Below, piece by piece: positions 38,173 to 52,269 of a stretch of DNA of 64,000 nt. The DNA is from Eledone cirrhosa (taxonomy: Eukaryota), in NCBI GenBank assembly GCA_964016885.1, contig OZ024746.1, forward strand, positions 2,976,001 through 3,040,000. The letters are read 5' to 3'. Made by a program: the position numbers and the translations under genes. How positions within the stretch are numbered: position 1 is the stretch's first letter; each line of letters begins with the position of its first letter. Below the pieces are notes generated by a model, which was given only the letters and a program-made list of their open reading frames with translations, did no database searches and had not been told where the DNA came from.

Positions 38173-38518
38173 GTTAAGTCATTTTTTAATTGGAGAAGTT
38201 TAGTGATAAGTGGGAACATATGAACAGGATGAGAATTCCAGAAGGCGGTAGGGTTTTGAGAATGAAGGATTTTATATGTCTAGTGTAGAACACAGCATAA
38301 TATGAATGTGCATGTCAAAAGGCATAAAGTGAAGTGTACTGACAGCTTTTTGAGTGGGGATGGTACAGAGGCTGCTGTAGACAGGGTAGGAGAGAAAATG
38401 CAGCGGTGGGATGGGAGACAACAGTGTATAGGTGAGTCAAAAACTGAAGAGTTGCTAATGAGGAGTGATGTTTAATTTTTAGAACTATACATTATAATTC
38501 AATTTAAAATATTAACAT

Positions 38519-38980
38519 TAACCCTTTTGATACCAAATAGCCCCTGATTCTACAGTACAAATCTGCATATTTTAAAGCTCAGCATATTTATCTAAAGATC
38601 TTCCATCATAAATTTTATATAAGAATTTTTGTTATGTAAACACCACATTGATAAAGGCCAACAATTATTTGGTCGGAGAGGCAAGTTGATTAAATTGACA
38701 CCAGTATATTACTGGTGCTTTATTTTATTGACACCGTAAGGATGAAAGGCAAAGCTAACTTTGGTGGGATTTGAACTCAGAATGTAAAGGGACGTAACTC
38801 TACGCCATGATGCATGTTGTCTGACACTCTACTGATACTGCCAATCCACTGCCCTTAAATACCACATTGATAATGAGAAATGTTATGTTACTAAATTCCT
38901 CCAACTTCTTGATTATTTTCAAAATTAATTGAAAATCATGAACAAGTGCCTTTCATTAGATATATGGTTGTAAAGTGTTA
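38519..38980. mobile_element. Older TTAA-type MITE with a nested family A SINE (38655-38855, -)
   Basis: TTAACCCTTTTGATACC...GTAAAGTGTTAA ends; ACCACATTGATAA duplicated on both sides of the SINE. Confidence 0.55.
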
Positions 38981-40026
38981 AATCAATGACTTCTAGCTGT
39001 CAAACCAAAGAAGGAGTCTCTATGTGATCACTGAATCTACTAGACATAATAGCCAGATCTTTCCAAATTACACTCGATTGACTCCAAAATGGACGAACAC
39101 ATTGGATAATGTAGTCATAGATGTGTAATACCTGAGAGAAGAATGAAAGGATCATGTTTGAAATAGTATGAATCATAGGTCTGCTCAGAGCTGATTCAGG
39201 ACTAAACAACTTTTAACTGCAGCCACTTTGTCACAAAATGAAGCATTAAAAACATATATTTTACATCTATATACAAACTATTTTATGTAATATCTAGCTG
39301 CATTTCATTTTCAGTTAGAACTATTTTATATGGATTTTACAGTGGCCTTTGATATATTTTTTATGCCACTTTTCTGCATTAGCAAATACTCGCAAACTCA
39401 GCATGTTTTTTTCTGGTGTTAAAGAATGATATATATTTCTCAAATTGGTCGACTGAGGTAAACAAGCTGATTATCGATTGATCTTTACATACTGGCATTG
39501 AAACACATTATTTATCATTATTTGATTATCATATAACATCTATATCAAGGTTTCTATCTGTGACTTTATGTAACACTAGATATAATAAAGCTATCATTAT
39601 TCACTGATGTTGTTTAACCTTAAGTCAGTCCTGATTGAGCAGAAGGCTTTCTGGTCATGACTGTTCTATCTTTTAAAAACACTTTATCTCATATATATTC
39701 AAATGTCCTTTTTTTAATCTTTTTATCAAGATATAACATGTTTGGCATTAGGAAGGGCCTCCAACAATAGAAACTAGGCCAAAATGCAGAGCCATATGAG
39801 CAAGACACAGTCTCATAACTTGATAACATGACAACCTGTCTAACCCATGAAAGCTTGAATAATGGACGATAAACGGTGATGATGATGGTAGAGTATAATT
39901 TAAGAAAGATTTGGCTGCTATCTCTAATTTTAGAGATCTGTTACCACTTCTTTGTCAAACCTATAGCCACTGATATTGCTTCTGGTTTGATAAGTGAAGC
40001 AGATCTCAAACACAGTCTCTCCAATA

Positions 40027-40217
40027 TAATTGTTTCTACTTTTGGCACAAGGCCAGCAATTACCCAGTGCATTACTGGTACTTTATTTTATCGACCCTGT
40101 AAGGATGAAATCAAAGTTAACCTCGGCGGGATTTGAACTCAGAATGGCAAGGACCGTAACTCTATGCATCAAAGCATGGCGTCCGACCCTCTACCGATAC
40201 TGCCAATCCACCGCCCT
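40027..40217 (-). mobile_element. Family A SINE
   Basis: Full-length reverse match; CCAATAT repeated at both flanks. Confidence 0.85.
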
Positions 40218-40302
40218 TCCAATATGTTTTCTTATAAGTTTTTTTTTTATAAATCTTCAACTATTCAAAATAAATATTTCTTTATAGTACATATAAGGTT
40301 TC

Positions 40303-40940
40303 ATCATCACGTCTATCTTCCACGCTAGCATGGAATTGTCCCACTTGAGGCAAGATTGGTCGTCTCGCTCGTATAGGACTGTCTGGCAAGTTTTCTACGG
40401 TTGGATGCTCTTCCTAACACCAACCACGTTTACAGTGTGAACTGGGAGGTTTTTACCATGTTACCTACACGGCCACATTACAGCGTGTTTTTTTTTTTTG
40501 TCGTGACACCTACATGACCTCATTTATTTAGGACTGGATGTTGTGGTACCAACATAACTTTACAGAGAAAGGGGTGGTGTTGGTAGGGGTGGGGAGTTGG
40601 GGTAGTGGGATGGGGGTGTATATTTGATTAAGAGGTGCCTACTGACTGTAGGTTTTGCTTTGTACTTAGGCAAGGCGGGTCTTCTGTATTACTGCGTAGC
40701 GCCAAAGATTTCGGTCCAGTAACATTGTTTGTATATATATAGTCAATATATGCTCCTCTCACCTCCTCTGCTGAGGTCTTTCTCGGTTTACCTCTATTGC
40801 AACTTCCATCCATTGGTATTTCCTGGCACCTCATCACCCATCAATCATCATCCATGTGTATCACATGTCCATACCAATGCAGTCTTCTCTCTTGCACACC
40901 ACCTCGCATTCCTCCTATACCCAGCTTCTCCAAACTATAT
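40303..40940 (-). mobile_element. RTE LINE 3' fragment with 3' UTR
   Basis: Minus translation EKLGIGGMRGGVQERRLHWYGHV...RGKPRKT; UTR matches 34370-34768. Confidence 0.85.
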
Positions 40941-42214
40941 AACAAACTATATAACAAATGCTCAAGAACAAAAATATACATAAACATGAAATTACAATAA
41001 CTTAAAAAAATGAGGAACCCAAATCGTAAGAAATGAATATAACAACAAAATATGATTGAAGTAAAACACAAGAAATAAAACCTAAATCAAAAGTCAAAGT
41101 ATAGAACAAAAACAAGAGATAAAGAAAAAGATGGCGGCCAGAGATGACACAAGATTTCAACAACCACAGGAGAATATGGCTGAAAATACAATAGTCAAAG
41201 ATGAATAATAATGATTTTTACTTTAGGCTTAAGGCCAATAATTTTGAGGTGATTTAAAGTTGATTAACTCATTCCAGTTCTTTATTTTGTTGATCTTGGA
41301 AGGATGAAATGTTAAGTTGGCCTTGGTGGGATTTAAAAAGGATGTAAAAGTCTGGAAGAAATACAACAGAACACTTATTAAATAAATATATCTTTGAAAC
41401 ATAAATACTTTAACTTTTGTTGCTATTTCTATTATTTTGTTGTACAAGGTTCAGCTAAAGATATGACTTTCAAACTGGGAAGTTTATATACATGTATGTA
41501 AAAAGTAAACAGAAATAACAAAGCAAACAGCACAGTATATTGAAGAAATATATGAGTTTAATGCTTGAAATAATAGGAAAAAATCAACTGTGTGTACTGA
41601 ACAATGTGAAATTATGTTTTGCTCTAGAACACAATGCTCCACTCAGTCCAAGAATAGAACTCACATCATTATGATCGTTAGTTCAACACCCTAACCACTA
41701 GGTCACACACCTTCATACTTTTTATGATATCAGTCTGAATATCATCGCTATATTATGTAGTTAACATGAGAAATCACTTGAAGCTATCAAACCTTTGCTT
41801 CAGCAGTAAATTCCATAGAAAAATGGCAATACTTGGAATAATATAATAATGAGTTAATGGTAGATGTGGATTAATCCCATAAGAGAGAATTATGTTTAAA
41901 CCATAATACATTACCATTTATTATTGATAACAAATAATAGAGATAGCAGTCTTAGTCATCTTACCACTTTCTGTAAATAAAAAATAAAAATCAGAATGCT
42001 AAAGTGGATGCTTTATATTTAGATTGATACCATAAAGGTGTGAGTTCAAATCTATTATGAGTTGACCATATGTTTCAATTGTTTGAAAGTAATAAAGAAC
42101 TTATCAGTAACATGCTGAGTGATAATATCAATGTTACCCTCTTATAAAGATTTACCTTGTACCAAGTCAAAAGACATCATATTTTGGATGTCAATGCTAT
42201 ATAATACTGATAAA

Positions 42215-42765
42215 ACCATCGTAGAGAAGTTCAAGTATCTCAGGGCTGTGTTCATGAGTGATGGAAGGCAGGAGGCTGAATTAAGTGCAAGAATTGCAGG
42301 AGTTGTTGCAGTTAGGCGCCAGCTTCAGCATTCGATAATCTGAAGAAGGGAGGTACGTGTAAAAGCCAAACTTGCTATCTTCAATTCATTATTTGTGCCA
42401 ACACTTAATTATGGTTAGGAATCTTAGGTAATGACTGAAAGAATATAATGATGAATACAAGCGACCAAAATGGGGTTCTTCCGAAGGGTCTTTGGATTAA
42501 CGTTACCCGATAGAGTGCGTAGCTTCGAAATCCGAGAGTTACTCCAAGTAGAGCTGCTACTTCTCTGAATTGAGAGATCACAGCTCTGATACTATGGGAA
42601 TGTGGTTAGACTGTCTCAGATAACATCCATGAGCTTGGCTGGTCTCACTTGGAGATCAAGCCAGATCAATTGGAGATGGTTGCTTCTGTCAGGACCTGCT
42701 GGAAGGAGTGTTTGAGGACTCTGCCCCTATGAGCCTCACAGGAATAAGTGGGTGAGGAAGAAGAA
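42215..42765 (+). mobile_element. RTE (Expander/Rex3-like) LINE 3' fragment
   Basis: VEKFKYL..VFMSDGRQE.E...RI...KAKLAIFNSLFVPTL.YG...MGF.RRV.G.TL.DRVRS.EIRE.L.VE.LLL.IERSQL. Confidence 0.8.
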
Positions 42766-43169
42766 TGCTATATAGTAATTGTAATATATTAGAGTTCTGT
42801 AAATGAAGCTGACTTGTTTCTTATTTGTAACTATCGTATTTTAAATACATGTTGTTAACCTTTTCAAACACATTTCTAATGAAGTACACTATTTCAAGTA
42901 ACTAATGAAGAATTCTGAGAGATTTACTAAAATTATTAATTATTTCATTATTAAGATAGAAATGTAACATAAGGTTTTTATATAAAATTATGTTGGAAGA
43001 TTTTAATTTAAATAGGAATTCTTTAGATTGGGTAGTTTTATTTCATAGAACCAGAGCTGGTTTTAGCTGGGCTGGTAACAATAGAGTTAATGGGCTTAAG
43101 GAAAGCTTTTTGCCTGAAATTGACTTTGGAAATAAAAGGATTATTGAGAAGGTAAATGTGATATATGAT

Positions 43170-43360
43170 AATAATTGTTTCTACTTTTGGCACAAGGCCA
43201 GCAATTATCCCCGTGTATTACTGGTACTTTATTTTATAGACCCCGTAAGGATGAAAGTCAAAGTTAACCTTGGCGGGATTTGAACTCAGACCATAAAGGG
43301 CCGTAACTCTTTGTTGCAAAGCATGGTGTCCAACCCTCTACCGATACTGCCAATCCAATG
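43170..43360 (-). mobile_element. Family A SINE
   Basis: Reverse match to 2360-2550. Confidence 0.85.
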
Positions 43361-45399
43361 TCTTTCTCAAAGTAAATTGAGAACTGATAACTATAATGAG
43401 TTACAGGCAGAGTTTATAATGAATAAAAAATGTCCCTATTCCACCATTTACTTAAATATATTGAGCTTGGTATTCTAACTACAAGTCTTAAAGAATGGAT
43501 AATAAAATTACTGCTCACATTAACATAACCTGCTATTCCCTGGCTAATTATTTATATCTTTAGTCAGTGACTATTTTTGACCCTTTAGATACTAAACTGC
43601 CTGTGCCCTTAGAAAAATTAAATATCATGGTTTTACAATATTAAGCTGTTTATTTAAAAGTGTTTATTTTTCTCTAAAAATACCTTACATTTGAGAAGGT
43701 GCTGGAAAAGGGATTCTCGATGCTTCTACTTTATTGCTGGTTATTCTTTCACAATACCACCATCATCATCGTTTTTATATCTGCTTTTCCATGCGTTGGA
43801 CAGGTCCTTCTCAGTACAGCATACCTATTATTAGTTGTTTCATAAGATTTTCTTTAGCAAGAGTTTCTCTTAGTATATACACATTCATTACTTGAAGACC
43901 TCTTTATACACAGAATTATATATATTTTACTCAAAATATATACATACATATTTTTTTATTGATATATTGCATTGGATACTGTTTTCGATAAATTCAATGA
44001 GAAATGTCAGACTAAATGATAACGTTCCTTCCTAGATATTGATTTGTATAAAACCAATCCTTAATAAATTGAAACTGAAGTACAAGCATTTTAAGTTTTC
44101 AGTAAGTGAAACAAATTAATGCTTTCAAAGACTAACGAAATGTATTTTATTAATATAGAAATCATTAATAAAGTGATTTAACAAGTGATTTAATAAAGTG
44201 ATTTAACAAGAATGCACACTGTGTTACCCATAGTTCTTAACTAATATAAAAAAGTACCATATTTACTCAAATATAAGCTGACCCTTTATTTTATGTCTGA
44301 GACCTATATATTTAATAATATAATAATAAAAATATTTGCATATATAGGGTAAATATCTTTGCTCAAGGTCGGCAGTTAAATCAGTTACCAGTTTAATACA
44401 TTTGTTAAGTGTTTCCTTTCTGAAACAATGTGGAGGTTCGGTATTTGTTGTCTTAAATGGGAAATGGTTCCCCCCCAAAACCGATTTCTTCTACATTATA
44501 GATTTGTTCTAGTGATAAACTAACTTCAACCTATGACGTCCAGGAAACAATATTCAAAATATTCCTGAATATTAAGTTGTCCGTGAAATATTTAAACCTG
44601 TTCAAATGCCATTTTTCTGGAAATGTTCCCACCATCATCACAACATAAGAGTCACACCCACTCGTGTTTCTTTACCTTCTTTTAATGTTTTTGTTTTCGA
44701 TAACATTTTTCGTGGTAAGAAATCCCTAGGAGAGCTGGACAAAAATTCATTATTTTCTCGTTTTCTTTAAAACAAACACTTGCTAACGAGGGTGTACACA
44801 AGTGTCTCTCTCGTCAATGTATTCCCCAGTTTTATCTTTGTTTAGTATTTAACACCTTTTGTAAGAGCTTGTGCCACATGTTTACGTTGTGCGGCGTTAT
44901 CATCCGAAAAAAAGAAAGAAAAAAGAATATCTGTATTAGTATAGGAAGATCAGCCATCGTTAGTTGTGACAGATGAAAACAGTATAGGATGTTGGTGGTG
45001 CCACAACTGGCATAACAATAGTAATTATGACATCTAGATTTAAACCACAGCCACAGTGAATTACGAACTCAATATATTTCAGGTTGAAGTATATTGAGAA
45101 AGATATATTCGGCAACCCTAACCATGTATCTAATCAAGAGAAATCGATATATGTTTATAAATATAAAATCCTGTATAGTTGTCATCATGATTTAATGACG
45201 GTTTCCCTTGTCAGCTTTCAACTGTAGCCAGCATTTCAAGGTAACTGTGAAGAAAATGCATTAGATGGTCTTTCTAAAACTCTCCCTAAAATTTATATTA
45301 TCCACAGAGCTACGTAAAGCATATTTATTTCACATAATTTATGCATATAAATAAATACAATTTTCGTTAAAAAAGTACAAAAGTGGGAGAATACACGTA

Positions 45400-45870
45400 C
45401 AGTCACTGACACACTACAATAAGGGGCGCTAGGGTTTCCCTCTAATAATGTTTGAGGTATGTCAACACAGACAGCATTGTCGCGGGTGATAGCATAGCTT
45501 AAACGTTGGAATAATGAAGTGCCCTCGTGGACATCACCTGATACAACGGTAAGGTGAGCCGCTGACGATGACAAGAACTTTGCTGTACGCGGCCCAACTC
45601 CCCCAAACAGGCTGATAAAAAAAAATAAAAAAAATAGTTAGCCGATAATTCCTGTTATTTTAAAATTTTATTCAGTTCGGCTACAGATGCAGTGAACTTG
45701 ATCTTTACCAGCATCCAGGATGTGAGAAAAAGTTGTTAACCATGGCATCCCATATGAGACGTTTACTTGTTACCCAAGGGCAAATCCATCTGGCCTCTTC
45801 TTATCAGCACTGGACAATCCAACTGGCGTCTGAACTGAGAAGATATTGACTCCAGCCATGGTCAACTTTC
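45400..45870 (-). mobile_element. CRE-like non-LTR retrotransposon RLE fragment (decayed)
   Basis: Minus translation TPVGLSSADKKRPDG...PW...KRLIWDA and ...LFQRLSYAITRDNA, hallmark CRE-type RLE motifs. Confidence 0.7.
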
Positions 45871-46549
45871 CAGCTCGGTATAACTAGCAAAGAGACCATC
45901 ATCCAGTGCTATGTATTTTTAAAATATTTTTCTCGAAGTTTCATCTTTAATATCCAATAAAATACATAGGATGCTCTTATCAACTGTTCCGAAATCCTGT
46001 AAGCACGCAACACAAATTGTCGGTTTTATGGGTGTTATACCAAAATAGCCTTGATCAGAGATAGAGAGATTGAACACGTTTTAGATTTACGACTATGTCT
46101 ACTAAAATTACACCTGTTAATAACACTACTGATTCACCACCCACGTTGATGACATTTGTCAAAGATGTAAAATAACAAAAGAATAAAGCATCCTCTAAAA
46201 CAAAGCCTATCTACCTCCTTTCGATTCAATAAAAACCCGATTTGAAACAAGGAGTATAAATATTGTGCACTTAGAAAAATTAAAATTACACGCCTAAAGC
46301 TTTTTATATGAGATAATTTTGTCGAATGCTTGAGTATCATTTGAAAAAAAATCTCACAGGCTGCTTCTTTCATCCATTCATTGCATGAATTCTACATCGG
46401 TTGCAACACATCATATATCAAATTTATATCTTTTATAAAATAAATTTTATTGAACAATTTCTTCACGAAAGTTATTAACACTACATGCTTTCGATTACAA
46501 GCACGCAAAGAAAAAAATTCTTTAATTAATTTTCTCTCATAAACTTTAT

Positions 46550-47050
46550 CCCCCTCTCCTCTTACTTACGCTTACTGAAATGAAAGGCACTGCCAAGCAA
46601 ACAAGTTCAACGAGAATGTACAACTACGGCAGTTCATACAAAACAAAATGGTATCCCATAGTAATTGTCTTTCTGAACATTCAGTCAACTATTTTTAATA
46701 AAACATTTCTAACATTTATAAAAAGATCTCTTTTAAAATTAAATGCTACAGATAATTTTTCGCATTTTGTTTGTCCCACCCTCAATCCTCCCAAAACACA
46801 AAAGACAGCTAATAAATTTTGTGATGTGATGGTCTTCCATAACTAATAATAATAAGCGAGTATAATTATTTTCATTCTTCGTAGTAGCAACAGTGAAAAG
46901 AATGTAAACGAAGACGGAGAGAAAAAAAAGGTACGAAACTCCAATGTACGGGAGCTAGCTCCGGCTTGCCATATATGGTAGTAGTTAAACATCCAACATG
47001 GCGTTATTGTACTTATAGAATCGGTAAGTGGTTTAACAGTTATTTTTATT
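46550..47050. promoter_or_regulatory. Possible promoter / first-exon region
   Basis: Locally less CpG-depleted and largely free of young SINEs; CAACATGGCG at 46994-47003 followed by a consensus donor G|GTAAGT at 47023/47024; donor-like GTAAGC/GTAAGT on the minus strand near 46565-46577. Confidence 0.35.
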
Positions 47051-48739
47051 TATTGAAAGTCGGAATCATGCTTATTTGTGTTGCATATTCTTATTAACAG
47101 TCTCATTAAATAATTTCTGTTGTATTTGGCTTCAGTCCAGCATTTCTTATTTTAATAATTGCTTTGCTGTCATTTAACACATGTAAGAACAATATGTGTT
47201 CTACGTACGGGAGAGTGAAGAGTAGAGATATATAGAATGTGATAGAGAGAGTAAAAAAAAAAGGCATAGAGTGGGATAGTGAGGCAGGATCAGGCTGAGG
47301 ACAGTGTATTGAATAAAAGAACAACGAAGAGAAACTACTATGGTTAGTAAGGCATGCTGTAACGTGAAGGCGGCGTATGTGTGATAAAAGTGTAGTATGC
47401 GATCGTGTTGATTCGTATATCCTATAGAGCTTGCACAGTAAGTGAAAACACTACCTCAGTCTTGCTATTTAATGTATCGGGTGTCCGTCTTATTGCAGGA
47501 ATTAATTTGACTCAGCTCAGTGGCACGACAACTTGGGTAGGACAGTATATATATTTATATTTAGATATATTATTTTTATATTAAATATCTTTCACCCGCC
47601 ACTACTCAACACTAATTCTGTTTTGTTAGCATTTACAATTAATTATGGTACACAGATTTTCTTTTCCATTACTAACAAAAGAATGTTTTATTACATTAGA
47701 AAAAAATAATCTTCATCGTTGACAAGTGTATATATGGGCAAGTTAATTGCTTTGGTTTCTATATTTCTGTCCTCTATGAAAATGTTTTTAAAAAGGCCGT
47801 TGTCCATGTTTATCCATCTCATTATAACATCTAGTGATGAAGAAAAAAAAAGTTAGATTTTTAACAAGCACTTGAAATTTATTCTCTATTTTTTACACAA
47901 AAATGTTTAATATTTTCTATTTCTCCAAATGACATATGAATATGTTTTGGGTCAAATTGAATGAGATAATAAATGCCATTACACGAAACATGAACATCTT
48001 ATTGTTCCCATTCTCATCTAAAACAGATATTTATTTGTTTATTTATATCAAACTAGATGCGAAATTTTCCCCTTATCGATATTGAACACAAGTGTTACTT
48101 TTATTCTGTCCCTTTTCAATTGCATTCAATGTGATTAATTAGCTCAGCCTGTCCTGTTGTTGTCGGTCTTCAAAAATGTATTTGCTTATTGAAAGGACCA
48201 CAGTAGCTATACGATTTGATGGCCTGACTTAAGGTGGCGGTATGGGGGTAAAAGCAGAAAGCCTTTTTATATTTTCATGTCATTGCTTCCTCGCTTTTAT
48301 TGTTACAAATTAGCTCAGAATTGTCGTTTTTATCCGCATCTATTGTTTGCTGGCAACAGGCATGTTTCTTACAATGATGTCTTTTAGAAATTTTTTATTT
48401 TTCTTCTTGCTTCCAGACCAAACTGGAATATTTTTGATTGCTTTTTCAAATGTGTGTCTAACAAAAACCTAAGGACAATCATTATGCGCGGGTTTTCTTT
48501 TCTAATCCATTAACATTAAAGAAAACATGTATTTTTCGGAAGTTGATATGAAGGTTATTCGATTATAATAACTATAATTAAGATATGAAATACATTCTTT
48601 CTCTCCCTATATATAATTGGCCTTGGAACGATAATATTTTAAAGGACTATAGACATCTGTCCTATAGACAGCTGTCACTTGCCATTGACTTCATCAATTT
48701 CTCTTGAATCCAGTGCACAGGCATCAGTGTGTGCATGTA

Positions 48740-48900
48740 CACACACACGTTTGTACATTACACACATACATGTACATTACACACACGTTTGTACATTACA
48801 CACATACATGTACATTACACACACGTTTGTACATTACACACATACATGTACATTACACACACGTTTGTACATTACACACATACATGTACATTACACACAC
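48740..48900. repeat. 38-bp tandem repeat x4 derived from (CA)n
   Basis: CGTTTGTACATTAC recurs every 38 bp. Confidence 0.85.
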
Positions 48901-48957
48901 ACACATATATATATAATTATAGCCATCAACATAGTCAAGGTATGTCAGGCATCAACT

Positions 48958-49023
48958 TATTTTATCTGATGAGGACGTACTGTTGAAATAGCTCAGTACC
49001 TCTGAAATATGTGTAATAACATA
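48958..49023 (+). ncRNA. Type I hammerhead ribozyme
   Basis: TATTTTAT-CTGATGA-GGACGTACTG..CAGTACCTCT-GAA-ATATGTGT-A|ATAACATA; GUA triplet; homologous to 8047-8112. Confidence 0.8.
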
Positions 49024-49063
49024 TATTTGATCACATGAATGTCTATATTAATATTTTGAAGTA

Positions 49064-49094
<31 letters not shown>

Positions 49095-49322
49095 GTGGTT
49101 ATATTTAATTTGTTGGGATTCAACAAGCTTAAACATTTGTATAACTGATATAAAGCACTCAATAGATTAGTGGACTAAAAACACAATATATTAATAAATG
49201 GAAACTATATTTATAAGACCATATTTATTTTATTATACATATTAAACTATTCAGGAAGCTCCAACCGTTAAGGTTGTCTTTTTTTTCCGAGTATGTCAAT
49301 ATTTATTTATAAAACAAATCTG

Positions 49323-49388
49323 TATTTTATCTGATGAAAGCGCACCATAATTTGCCTTGGTTGCCCTTGAAATATTTATAATAAAATA
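49323..49388 (+). ncRNA. Type I hammerhead ribozyme, apparently intact
   Basis: TATTTTAT-CTGATGA-AAG.c.GCA.CCA..TGG.t.TGC.c.CTT-GAA-ATATTTAT-A|ATAAAATA; perfect 8-bp stem I, AUA triplet; the downstream about 55 bp is duplicated inverted at 49185-49243. Confidence 0.85.
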
Positions 49389-49426
49389 AATATGGTCTTA
49401 TAAATATAGTTTCCATTTATTAATAT

Positions 49427-49472
<46 letters not shown>

Positions 49473-50607
49473 CTTCACGAACGAATGACGCACGGGCTGC
49501 TGTTTGAGATAATTATAACAATATAGATTATTTTATTACTTTGTTACATTTTTGTTTCCATTGGAAACAGTCAAATAAATCGATGTTGAATTGTTGCTCC
49601 ACTCGGAGCAGTCAAATAGCATCTCTTTCTCTTTACTGTGTATTTACACTACTAATAGATTGCCTAATGTTTTAGTTAACTTGTAGTATTTAATAGTCTT
49701 ACATATTTTAAACAGGTGTCAGTTAAGCCTTGTCACCATTCTCTCTGTCAATGCTATATAATGATACTCAACCAACAAAACATTATGATGAAGATTATTT
49801 TATTATTTTCCTTTCTGTTAATAAATTCATTTATCAATGTTCACTGTTTCTATACTTGGACCCCCTTTTCTCTACGTTCTCTCTCTCTTTTAAATGTCAC
49901 ATTAAACTGAAACTTGCTTTTCCTGCTTCAATACACGGGGCAATTGTATAGAGACAAATTTTAAATCGAACATATGCATGTTTTATTCATTTTACATTGT
50001 CCTGTCTTTTTATGCTAACGTTTGCTAAGTTTCTCCTGTCATTCCTACTTGGTTTAGTTTATTGTATTTCGGGATAGTGAAGCCATTCTTGAACTGCTAT
50101 GTCTGAAAGTGAGGCATTAAGCTTTTTCCTTTAACTACACAGTTGTTGCTGGGCGATTTCGTTGCTGACTGCGTCATTTTCTCATTTCTCATCAGTTTCT
50201 ATGTTTGTTCTGAAACAATTACATCATAATTCCCAGCCCAAATATTACATACACTTTAGACCTACCACCGACAACGAAATTGAGCAAATAAGAACCTCCC
50301 CTCCCTTTTTTTAGTGTCGAAATGTCGACACTAAAATTATCAGCTGTTGTACTGATGTTATTAGCTGTTTATAACTAACTATACATCAAGTAGAAATGTT
50401 TAAATAGCGAAGCCATGATTAAGACGACACTTGTAGAACCATATCTCAGGTGAAACTATATTTGAAGGCGGTGCTTCAGCATGGCTTTGATCGTCATGGC
50501 TAAAACAAACGTGTTTCAAAGTATTTTTAACATCGAAACACTTGCAATGTGTGTGTGTGTGTGCGTGCATGCATGCATGCACACACACACACACACACGC
50601 GCGCGTA

Positions 50608-50660
<53 letters not shown>

Positions 50661-51115
50661 ATATATATATATATATAATAATTGTTTCTACTTTAGGCAC
50701 AAGGCCAGCAAATATCTAGTGTATTACTGGTACTTTATTTTATCGACCCCGTAAGGATGAAAGGCAATATATATAATGTATGTATATGAAATAGAGATAG
50801 CGGATGAGTTTGATAAATCGGATTAATTTGAACGTCGGTGATGAATGTTCGTTGATGTTTCGTGTCAGCCTGGTTATTTTTGCTGCTGTCAACAACTTCG
50901 ACCCTTTTCACGTCAACTACGCCATACACTTGCTTTCAATTATATAATTTCTAGTTTGTCTATGGGTTGTTAGTCTTTCCTACTGATTGATGCATCTAAT
51001 TTCAGGCTATCTATAATTGTAAGAATTCATGCCAGGATCAATTAGGTTGTCATAGTAACCCATTCTCCTTTCATATAAGATCATATGTAGCTTTCTGATT
51101 ACATATTAAATCATA

Positions 51116-51153
<38 letters not shown>

Positions 51154-51157
<4 letters not shown>

Positions 51158-51254
51158 GGGAGCCGCTTATTGTTATCAATTTTGGACGGAGTCTTTTAAA
51201 TAACGGTAACCAGCTGATAACATTATCCGTGATTATAATAAGTAGCTTCCACTG
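51154..51254. mobile_element. Tc1/mariner-pogo type MITE
   Basis: TIRs CAGTGGGAGCCGCTTATT / AATAAGTAGCTTCCACTG followed by TA. Confidence 0.7.
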
Positions 51255-52269
51255 TATATACACATAATTTATTGTGTGTGTGACAGAGAGAGTATGTGTG
51301 AATATACATATATTCATTCAATGTTTCTGTATGGATTCTTTTAAGAAAAAAATATTTTAATTGAATCCATTCATTTGTAAGTTTTCAGTTCATTCATAAT
51401 AATGATGGTTGTAGATCCTATTCTTCTTGTGACATATCTCCCACTTTATTTCCTCCTAACACTGCTGTCCCAACTCTTGACTTCCAGCTTGGAAGGAGCA
51501 TGTGAGACGATAACCATTATTATTCATTCATTCTGATAGGTGTTCTGTGAGAAATGAGGCGTTTAATATATTTGAAAACCTAACGTCACTGCTTAATAGT
51601 AGTTAATTTTGGCCATTGACTTAGGACTTTTTCTTGGACAAGACTTATACCAGCTTAGTCGCTTTATTAATTTAATGATAATTACCTATAATTTAGTCAT
51701 AAGGGGTTTATATGTATTTAAGGCCATTCATCATTGTCATTGTGATTAGGATAGCGAATTAGCAGTACAGCGCCGGACTAAATGCTTTACATAATTTGGT
51801 ATTGTTTTATGTTTCTGAATCGAAAATCCTATCAAGCTTAATTTTTACCTTTAATAATATTAACTATTATTATTATCAATAGGTGGTTTGGTAGAATTCG
51901 TGAAAACATCGCGAAAAATGTTTGTTTAGTTAAGTCTTTACGTTCTGAGTTCAAATCCCGCCAAGGTCAACATCGCCTTTCATCCTTCCGTATTCCATAA
52001 AGTACTGGGGGTGGATATAACCAATTCTTCATTTCTAGCCTTGTTCTTAAAAGTGATTATTATCAGCAGAATCGTTAGTGCGTCGGACATACCTTTGCCT
52101 TATCTAGTTATAGCTCTTTCTTTACATTCTAAGTTGAAATCTCACCGAGGACAAATTTGCCTTTTATCCTTTCTAGGGTCGATATAATCACCCCCCCCCC
52201 CCACATATTGCTGGTCTTTTGTCTAAATTGTTATTTTGGTGAATTTGATATCTCAGTCATTGTTGTTAT

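Noticed and set aside
49095-49150. Possible further decayed hammerhead (TTGTTG/CAACAA stem, AAACATTTGTA)
   Set aside because: CTGANGA core absent; too degenerate to support
50309-50336. 12-bp hairpin as a Helitron 3' end
   Set aside because: No CTRR terminus at the expected distance and no second copy in the window
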